Assembly: GCA_963575745.1 (NCBI GenBank)
Contig: CAUYUJ010000127.1
Location: forward strand, 1-64,000
DNA from: Prorocentrum cordatum
Taxonomy: Eukaryota
Direction: 5' to 3'
Length of the DNA stretch: 64,000 nt
In this document: positions 26,360 through 35,100 of the stretch, in pieces
How positions within the stretch are numbered: the first letter of the stretch is position 1
Layout of the letters: every line of letters starts with the position of its first letter
Made by a program: the position numbers and the translations under genes
The notes under the pieces: model-generated
Told to the model about the DNA's origin: nothing
Database searches by the model: none
The model's input: the letters and a program-made list of their open reading frames with translations, nothing else

Positions 26360-26401
26360 CTATCGCGCGTGGCCGGGCGGGGCGCCAGCCATCCTGGGAC
26401 G
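26360..26401 (+). CDS. Candidate micro-exon (YRAWPGGAPAILG)
   Basis: TAG acceptor, GTGCGC donor, phase 2-2 fits the neighbouring candidates. Confidence 0.25.
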
Positions 26402-26703
26402 GTGCGCCCGTCCTGGGGCCGGGGGCAGGGCAGAAGGGGTTAGTTAAAACAAGGCTAGGATCGGGATAAATCGCTCCAGAGCGTTCCGGAGCGCTCTCAG
26501 AGCGTTCCGGAACGCTCTGGAGCGGCCGCGGCGCCCAACACATCCTCCAGACCCGCCGATTCTCAGAGGTTTCGAGTTATCCCGATCCGATTTTGTCCCG
26601 ATCTTCGCGTCGTTTTATCAGTGCACGGATTTGGGGGCTCAGGGTTGGCCTGGCCAGGCGTCCTTTCATCTGTGCGGCGCGCGCGCGGGGGTCGGCCGGC
26701 CTC

Positions 26704-26893
26704 CCCAGGCCCCCATCGCGTCGCGAAGGCTTCACGGCGGGAGGTGTCTCTCGCTGTTGTCGGCCGCTGGGGGCCTTCGCGGGGCCTTCGCGGGTGTCAG
26801 AAGACGGCTCAGGATGAAGAGCCAATCCCGGGAAAAGGGTCCAGGCCTTTGGGGGTCGACGCTGTGAAAGAATCACGACGACGCGGGTCTGGG
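26704..26893. mobile_element. Diverged MITE family A copy, TSD TC
   Basis: CCCAGGCCCCC...GGGTCTGGG flanked by TC on both sides. Confidence 0.75.
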
Positions 26894-27707
26894 TCATCCA
26901 TCTTGGAGGGTTGCTCCAGCCAGCGGCGTTCAGAAAAGTGTGCAAGTGTGTGTGTGTGTGTGTGTGTCTGTGAGTGTGTGTGTGTGTGTGTGCCACCCTG
27001 GTTCTGATGTTCCTCCTATCAGGGAGCCCTCCCTCTTCTTACTCGCCGGTCCTGCTCGTGAACCCCTCCTCTCCTCCTCCTCCTCCTCCTCCTCCTCCTC
27101 CTCCTCCTCCTCCTCATCTCCTCCTCTCCTCCTCCTCCCCTCCTCCTCCTCCTCCTGCTCCTGCTTCTCCTTTTCCTCCTCCTCCTCCTCCTCCTTCCCC
27201 TCTTCCTCCTTCTCGACCTTCTCAATTTCCTCCCTCCTCCTCCTCCTCCTCCTCCTCCCCTCCTCCCCCTCCTCCTCCTCCTCCTGCTCCTGCTTCTCCC
27301 CTCCTCCTCTCCTCCTCCCCTCTCCTCGTCCTTCCCCTCTTCCTCCTTCTCGACCTTCTCATTTCCTCCCTCCTCCTCCTCCTCCTTCTCCTCCTCCTCC
27401 TCCTCCTCCTGCTCCCCTCCTCCTCCTCCTGCTTCTCCTCCTCCTCCTCCTCCTCCTCCTCCTCCTCCTCCTCCTTCCCCTCTTCCTCCACCTTCTCCTC
27501 CTCCTTCGCCTCTTCCTCCTTCTCGACCTTCTCAATCTCCTCCCTCCTCCTCCTCCTCCTCTTCCTTCTCCTCCTGGTGGACGTTCGCTCCTCCTCGTCC
27601 TCCTACTACTATTCCTACTCTTCCTCCTCCTCCTCTTCCTCCTCCTCCTCGATTCTTTTATCGTATTTAAAATGATACTGGAAACAAAAACGCGATCCCA
27701 ATCTTTG

Positions 27708-28112
27708 TAGGGCTATAGGGTTATGGGGCTATAGGACTATAGGGCTATAAGGCTCTGGACCTACAGGGCTATAGGGCTATAGGGCCATAGGGCTATGGGG
27801 CTATAGCGCTATAGCGCTATAGCGCTATAGGGTTCTGGGCCTATAGGGCTATAGGGCTATAGGGCTATAGGGCTATAGGGCTATAGCACTATAGGGCTAC
27901 AGGGCTTTAGGGCCATAGGGGCTATTGGGCCATAGGTCTCTAGGGTTGTAGGGCTATAAGGCTGTTAGGCTATAGGGCTACAGGGCTATAGGGCTATAGG
28001 TTTATAGGGCTAGTAGGGCTATAGGGCTACAGGGCAAAAGGATATAAGGCTATAGGGCTATAGGGCTACCGGGCACCCCGGCACCTGGGCACCCGGACAC
28101 CCGGGCACCCGG
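27708..28112. repeat. (TAGGGCTA)n octamer satellite followed by (CCGGGCAC)n
   Basis: Direct reading; ~360 bp of the first octamer, then ~5 units of the second. Confidence 0.95.
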
Positions 28113-28234
28113 GCGTGCCGCCGGAATCGGCGCCGCAGCCTAACCTAACCATATGAGTCTGTCAGGACCCCTACAGAGGCAAGCTCTGATTGGGGAGTTG
28201 TCCTTGTTGCACCCAGAGGCCAGTTTTTAAGGTG

Positions 28235-29215
28235 GGCCGGGCGTTTCGCCTGAGACGTCCTCATCATTTATGATTCTGAAGCTTAAAGGTTGGCAACAGT
28301 TCCACATATTGAGGGCGAGTCGTTTTCAAAATGTGGCTCTCGCCTTAGCGCCGCGCACATTCGTTTAAACAGAAATGCAAGAGCTTCACGGATTGAGGGC
28401 GAGTCGTTTTCAAAATGTGGTTCTCGCCAAAGCGCCGCGCACACTCGCTTTGAAAATGCGCAAGAGCTCCACGGATTGAGGGCGAGTGGTTTTCAAAATG
28501 TGGATCTCGCTTCAGCGCCGCGCACATTCGTTTTGAACATGTGCAAGAGCTTCGCGGATTGAGAGCGAGTGCTTGTTTTCAAAATGTGAGCCTCGCTTTA
28601 GCACCGCGCACACTCGTTTTGAACATGTGCAAGAGCTTCACGGATTGAGGGCGAGTCATTTTCAAAACGTGGGTCTCGCTTTAGCGCCGCGCACATTCGT
28701 TTTGAAGATGTGCAAGAGTTTCACTTGCTGAGGGCGATTCGTTTTCAACATGTGGCTCTCGTTTTAGCGCTGCGCATATTCGTTCAAACATTTGCAAGGG
28801 TTTCACGGATCGAGGGCGGTTCATGTTCAAAATGTGGTTTTCGCTTGAGCGCCGCGCAAATTCGTCCATAAACAATGCAATAATTGCGCGGATCCCCATG
28901 ACCAGCGTACCAGAAATGGTGTTTTGGAACGATTCTGGATTATGCGGGTGTACAAGTTACGCTGGTTCGTGGTGTTAAAGTCCCAGGAATGGCGTTCTGG
29001 CACGATGCAGGATCGTCCAGACGCAACAGTCAGGTTGTTCTGTGGCGTTTGAATCCCGAGAACAATGTTTATCCATGCTTCAGGGTCTTCAAAAGGTTAT
29101 CTTCCAACGAGGCAGTTCCCTCGATGGAAATGAACCGTTATAGGGGCCTATGAAGATGGAGCTTGGAAGGCGGGTTTATTCTTACATCGTTGATGACCTT
29201 TGGGTTTACACTGGT
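28235..29215. repeat. Second copy of the dispersed repeat with the ~83-bp array (7 units)
   Basis: Unit anchors at 28308, 28392, 28475, 28558, 28644, ~28727 and 28809; same arms as 21042-21720. Confidence 0.85.
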
Positions 29216-29429
29216 CCTCTTCGTCCTCCTCCCTTTCCTCCTCCCTTTCCTCCTCCTCCTCCTCCTCCTCCTCCCCCTCGCCCCCCAACCTTCTCAATCC
29301 CCTCCCTCCTCAACCTCCCCCTCCCCCTCCTCCCCCTCCTCCTCCCCCTCCTCCCCCTCCTCCTCCTCCTCCTCCTGCCTCCTCCTCCTCCTGGCTCTCC
29401 CCCCCCCCCCTCGAGCCCGCGCCCGACAG

Positions 29430-29541
29430 GCCGCCCGAGGCGCCGAAGGCGCAGCCGCAGGCGGACGCCGGCGGCCTGCGGCGCACGCTCGGGGCCGACG
29501 CGCCGGCGGCCCCGCCGCGCGGCGGCCCGGCGTCGCGACAG
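29430..29541 (+). CDS. Candidate exon (PPEAPKAQPQADAGGLRRTLGADAPAAPPRGGPASRQ)
   Basis: CAG|G acceptor, CAG|GCGGGG donor, nearly all codons end in G/C; unique island between microsatellites. Confidence 0.45.
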
Positions 29542-30884
29542 GCGGGGCCTCCTTCCTCCGCCTCGCCTCCGGGAGTGGGGGGGGAAGGGGAAGGGGGAGG
29601 AGGAGGAGGAGGAGGGGGGGGGAGAGAGGAGAGGAGGAGGAGGAGGAGGAGAGGAGGAGGAGGAGGAGGAGGAGGAGGAGGAGGAGGAGGAGGAGGAGGA
29701 GGAGGAGGAGGAGGACGAGGAGGAGGAGGACGAGGAGGAGGAGGAGGAGGAAGAGGAGGAGGAGGAGGACGAGGCGGACGAGGAGGAGGAGGACGAGGAG
29801 GAGGAGGAGGAGGGAGGAGGAGGAGGAGGACGAGGAGGAGGAGGAGGACGAGGCGGAGGAGGAGGAGGAGGAGGAGGTGTAGGGGTAGGGGCCAGTGGCG
29901 CTGCTGGTGCCGATCGGACCACATTTCAAGAGAAGACCTTCGCTGCCGCTGCTCTCGTTCGGACTTGCTCAGGACTTTGGGGACCACCCCATTCGCCAGG
30001 CGACCTATATATTCACGCCCCGCACGTGTGGGGGGCGCACAGAGCTTGCCCGGAGACCAAAGCTGCTCATGAGCGATACCCCCGCAAGGCCCCCCAAAAC
30101 CATAAATGCAGAGGGAGGGAGGGGGTGAAGGAGAAGAAGAAAGCCCTCTCAGAAGGCGTTGGGGTTTCTCAGAAGCCCTCTGGCTTTCTGTGAAGTGTTC
30201 TGTGTTTTCGGGGTAGTCTTAGAAACTTTCTCAGAAGGCCAGTGAACTTCCGAGCCTTCTGAGAAGGCCCGCCCCCTTTCAGTCACTCCCCCACCCAGGC
30301 TAGCCGCCGAGGGAGGGCGGGGGTGAGGGAGGAGGGGGGGAGGAGGAGGAACTCTACCGCATCGCCCTGGAGCTCTACACCGTGCTCGCGCGGCTCGTGG
30401 TGGATAGTGTAGTTGGGGTGAAGAGAAGCCCTTCAGTACGGAGGAGGAGGGATAGGAAGAGGAATAGGAGGCAGAGGAGGAGGATGAGGAGCAGGGAAAG
30501 ATGCAGACGAGGAGGACCATGCTAATGATGATGAGGACGAGGATAGTGGTAAAGATGATGCTGATGATGATCATCATGGTGGTGATGTTGATGATGGTGA
30601 TGGTGATGGTGCTTATGTGATGCTGCTGCTGATAGTGCCGGTCATGATTGTGATGTTGATGCTGGCAGTGGTGATGTTGAGCAGGAGGAGGTGGAGGAGG
30701 AGGAGGCAGAGGAGGAGGAGGAGGAGGAGGAGGAGGAGGAGGAGGAGACGGAGGATGAGGGCAAGAAGAGGAGAGGGGAGGAGGCCCCTTCCTCCTCCTC
30801 CTCACCTCCTCCTCCTCCTCTCCTCCTCCTCCTCCTCCTCCTCCTCCTCCTCTCCTCCTCCTCCTCCTCCTCCTCCTCCTCCTC

Positions 30885-30906
30885 CCCGTTGCCATTTTGG
30901 CTCAAG
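30885..30906 (+). other. Dinoflagellate spliced leader at the LINE 5' end
   Basis: CCCGTTGCCATTTTGGCTCAAG matches DinoSL at 20 of 22 positions with the last 16 nt perfect; 93 nt separate it from the ORF1 ATG. Confidence 0.92.
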
Positions 30907-30999
30907 ATCGGGACAGGCCCGTTTTGAGTGAGGCAGCCCTTCCTCCAGGGCCTCCCAGCTGTCAAAGGCTGGCGGACACTCCCACCACCAGTGCGTCTC

Positions 31000-32184
31000 A
31001 TGGCTGATGCAGTCCCTGCCGCGCCTGCCAGTACCCAGGAGCGCCAGATGCTTGCTGAGCTTGAAGAGATGCCCACCTTCCCCGACGGCGAGCGCTCGGG
31101 CAAAGGCCAGGGGACGGGCCGCTTCACCCAGCGCAAGCGCCAGGCCCTCGCTTCGTCCAGTGCCGGTGCCCCTGTTCCCTCTCCTCACGATGATGACGAT
31201 GATGATGGTGACTTTCTTCGGCAGCTGTGCAGAGAGGAGTTTGCCTCAATGCGCGACACCATCACCACCGAGGTGTCAGAGTCGGTCGCCAAGACCATCA
31301 CCTCCAATCACAACACGTTGCTCAAGATGTTGTCCTCCATGCAGGGCGAGGTGGCAAAACAATCCAGTGCCATCGAGGGCCAGGTTCAATCGGCGATTGC
31401 CCCCAGGCTCGACTCGCTCAACAGACGCCTCCAAGCCCAGCTCGACGAGCAGAAGCGCAGCATCGACGCGCTGGAGGGCAGAGCTGACGGGCATGACAAG
31501 TCCATCCAGGATCTTCAAGACCAGCTGGCGGAGCTACGTCGCCAGATGGCCATCGCTGAACAGACTCCCAGGAAGCAGCTGGCTGCTCCCACATCCTTCG
31601 ACCGCGAGGAGGACACCACGATCGTCGTTGCCGTCTCGCAGCGACCGACTACCCTGGCATCAGTGGTCTCATCGCTGCGCCCATGGCTCGGCGAGATTGG
31701 CTTTGATGATGAACAGTATGAGATCAAGCAGAAAGGCGAGTCCCCGGCCAGGAGGTTCGAGATCTGTTTCTCGGGCTCGGCCACCATCGCCTCGCGCCGC
31801 GCCAGCAAGACCACCTCGCTCCTCAAGGGACCCGACGGCTGGAAAGAGTTCTGGGTCGACCCACCAGGCGCTGAGCGTTGCCGTTTGCACCTCGGCCCCG
31901 ACAAGTCGCCCAAGCGTATCAAGACCGAGGTTACCCTGCGCAAGGCCAGGGCTATCGTCGAGCTGCAGTACCCAGGCAAGCGATTCTACTCCGACAGCGA
32001 GCATGGCGTCCTCTCCATTGGGTGGGACAAGATCATGCATGTCAATGTCTTCCACGGCGACACCCCGCCCAAGATCTACTGGGACTCTGCGCAGCTTGCC
32101 AAGCACGCCATGGCTATCGACACGCTTCGCAATGCTGTCAAGGAGCTCACGCATCCGTCCGACCCCAGCCAGTGGTGTCTTTAG
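31000..32184 (+). CDS. LINE ORF1 protein (394 aa): coiled coil plus probable RRM/CTD-like region
   Basis: First ATG after the SL; heptads LDSLNRRLQAQLDEQKRSIDALEGR..IQDLQDQLAELRRQM; L1-ORF1p-like layout (RLHLGPDKSP); lies directly before APE-RT. Confidence 0.85.
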   Translation: MADAVPAAPASTQERQMLAELEEMPTFPDGERSGKGQGTGRFTQRKRQALASSSAGAPVPSPHDDDDDDGDFLRQLCREEFASMRDTITTEVSESVAKTITSNHNTLLKMLSSMQGEVAKQSSAIEGQVQSAIAPRLDSLNRRLQAQLDEQKRSIDALEGRADGHDKSIQDLQDQLAELRRQMAIAEQTPRKQLAAPTSFDREEDTTIVVAVSQRPTTLASVVSSLRPWLGEIGFDDEQYEIKQKGESPARRFEICFSGSATIASRRASKTTSLLKGPDGWKEFWVDPPGAERCRLHLGPDKSPKRIKTEVTLRKARAIVELQYPGKRFYSDSEHGVLSIGWDKIMHVNVFHGDTPPKIYWDSAQLAKHAMAIDTLRNAVKELTHPSDPSQWCL

Positions 32185-35100
32185 CGCTGCTGGACTATTT
32201 CATCTTCCTCCCCCGCCGCCTGGGTCAGCGGCGCCTACGTTTCGGATTGCTACTTGGAATTCTCGGGCGCTTCTTCAGGCTGGTGGGGACAAGGCCATTC
32301 TGAAGAGAAAGTATGTTCTCAGTCTCCGTCCCCTCTCCACGGTCATCGCGCTGCAGGAGGTGCACCAGGACCACTTCCAGCTCGACTCGTTCTTCAGATC
32401 GATCGCGTCAGGCCTCACGATCCACTCCAGCTTCATTTCCGACGCAGATGACGGGCATCGGCGGGGTGGGGTTGCTGTGGTGCTCCCGCCGTTGGCTTGT
32501 CAGGGCTTCTCCGCTCCGTCGTCATCCTCCACTGTCCTGGTACCTGGCCGAGCGATGCTAGTCCGTGTTTGGGATGACTGCCGCACGCTCGACATCTTCA
32601 ACATTCACAATCATGGTCTGTCCGCCCAGCAGGTTCGCGAAGTGGCTACCGCGATACGAGTATCGCAACGTGCTGCTGCCCTCGACCCCGACATGTACAC
32701 CACCTTTGTCCTCGGGGACTTCAATTTTGCCACGCGCGAGGCTCTCGCGCTCGCTGCCCCCGCGGCGGCCGTGCGCAAGCTGTCGAAGTGCCACCACGTG
32801 CAGGCGCCCAAGTGGCGCCAGGCCCTCGCCCTCCTGACAGAGATTGCGTGCGAGGACCCTACGCACTACGAGAAGTTCAACGACTCGTGCGCGACGATCG
32901 ACCGCGTCTTCTGCTCGATCACGGGCTGGCAGCTCTGCCAGTTGTATGTCCAGATTGGCACGCTTGGCACGCCAGCGGCCGTCTTTGACAAAAAGATCTC
33001 TGACCATGCTGCTGTTGTTCTCTCGCTTGCCTGCCGCCCGCCTCGACCAGTGGAGTCCCGCCCCATTCCCAAACACCTGTTCTCGGAGCCTGGTTTCAAG
33101 CGGCGCCTGGAGGGGCTGTGCTCCTGCATCCCGTGGGACTCCATGTCGCCCCCGTTCCAGGTTGAAAAGTACAAGGAGCTTTTGAAGATTTCGGCCGCGG
33201 AGACCAGGGACACCCTCTTTCGGGACAGGCCGCATCACCCGCGCACCTGCCTCCTGCTCGCTCGTGCTCTGGCCCGTGTGGTTTGGAGGCAAGACCTGCG
33301 TATGGCTTCCAGGCTCCAGGACTCCCACCCCCTGGCCATTGACATGATATCGATCACCGACGGGAAGGTCGAGCTCCGCCACCCGCCGTCCTTCCAGGCC
33401 TGGGTCGACCAAGTCCAGACTGAGGCTGCTGAGTCCGCGAAGGCTGAGCTTGAAGATCGCAGACGGCGTGAAGGTGACCGCGTCCAGATTCGTGCCCAGG
33501 TTCGCGCGCTTGAACGGCGTGCTCGTCTCTGGTCCCCTCTCAATCGAAGGATATCGCTCTCAGCGGTTATTGCGCCAGATGGCTCTGCGGTCAGCGTTCC
33601 ATCTGACCGTCTTCGGGTGCTCTCGGAGCACTGGGCCCCTGTCTTCCAGAAAAAGCCGTGGGACGTTGCTGCTGCTGCTCCCTACCTTCGCCGCCTTGCT
33701 CCTGACCTTCCTGCCGACCTACACCTCCCCCCGCCGTCGAAAAATATGCTACGTCGAGCAATTCGATCTGCCCAACACTCCGCTCCTGGGCCTGATGCTC
33801 TCCCGCATGCTGCGTGGGCGGCGTCCTCTTGGGGGGCTGACATATTATGGGACGCTCTTGGCTGGGTACTCAGGGGCCAAGAGCTATTTGCGAATACTAG
33901 TGACACGATCCAGATTTTTCTGCCCAAAAACGTCACGGACTTGGAGCTCCGCGATGCCAGCTGTTCCCGCTCCCCCGGCAAGGTTCGAGTCCTGGGCCTC
34001 AGGAACTGTGACCTGAAGCGCATCTCATCCACCGTCAATCGGGCGATCCGACCTGCCCTGGTATCCCTCGCCCCGCCGTGCCAGCGTGGATTCATACCGG
34101 GTAGGAATTTCGGCAACAACATCCTCGAGCTCGACGTATCGAGTCGTCAGATGTCGGTCGTACCTCACGGGTCTACCGATATCCCTGTGCTGTATTCCTT
34201 GGACTTCGGCCAGGCCTTCCCGTCTCTGAATCAGGACTTCCTCATTCTCTCCCTTAGGGCCCTCAAGCTGCCCGAAGCATTCGTGTCTTTCGTCGCGTTC
34301 CTATATGCATCGGTGGAAGGGGTTGTCTCGCACCTAGGTTTGCTAGTAGTGCACATCTTCTGGATCCAGAGCGGCATCATCCAAGGTTGTGCCTTATCGG
34401 GCACTCTCTATGCGTTGAGTACGGCTGTCTTCTTGGTCGACCTGGCCTCTCGGGTGGAGGCCGCTGGCCTTGGCCTGGTTCGGGCCTGTGCTGACGACAT
34501 TGGGGGCACGTTATTGGCCATACGGCACCTAGTTCATGTGTATCGGGTTATGCAGATGGCCTCGGACATGGCCAACCTCGCCCTGAAGGTCTCGAAATGC
34601 AAGATTGTCCCGCTGTCTGACAGGTTCTCGCCCGACCTCTCAGCCACAGTCTCCTACTGGGTCTCCCATCTGGTCCCCGAGTGGAGCTCGTTCGAGGTGG
34701 CTCCCAAGCTGCTCTACCTGGGCCTCTGGCTGGGGCCTGCTGTTGTTCCGTCCACTTGTTGGATTGACCCCGTCGCCAAATTGCGTCTCAGGGCCCAAGC
34801 CATCGGGCGGGGAACCACTCCTGCCAGCCTTTCCGCTACACTGTACAGTACTCGGGCCGTCACGACCATTTCTTACGTTGCCCAATTCTGCTGGCCGCCA
34901 TCGTCAGTGTTGCAGCCTGAGTTGGCGACGCTCGCGCAGGTGTTCCGCATCCCGCTCGGCACTTTCGCCCTCGACTTCTGGACGCAGATCGCTCAGTGGG
35001 GCGGCGCGCGCTGCACGCGGTGGGGGCACCTGGCCGTCGCCACCATCACTCGTGCTGCGTTGCGCACTTTCCCAGGCTGGGAGAGGCTCCTCCAGCAGTT

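Noticed and set aside
26353..26365. CCCGTAGCTAT resembling the start of DinoSL
   Set aside because: Only ~10 nt match and the TTTTGGCTCAAG core is missing.
28290..28880. CRISPR-like appearance of the ~83-bp arrays
   Set aside because: Units are similar over their whole length with no unique spacers, there are no cas genes, and the context is eukaryotic.
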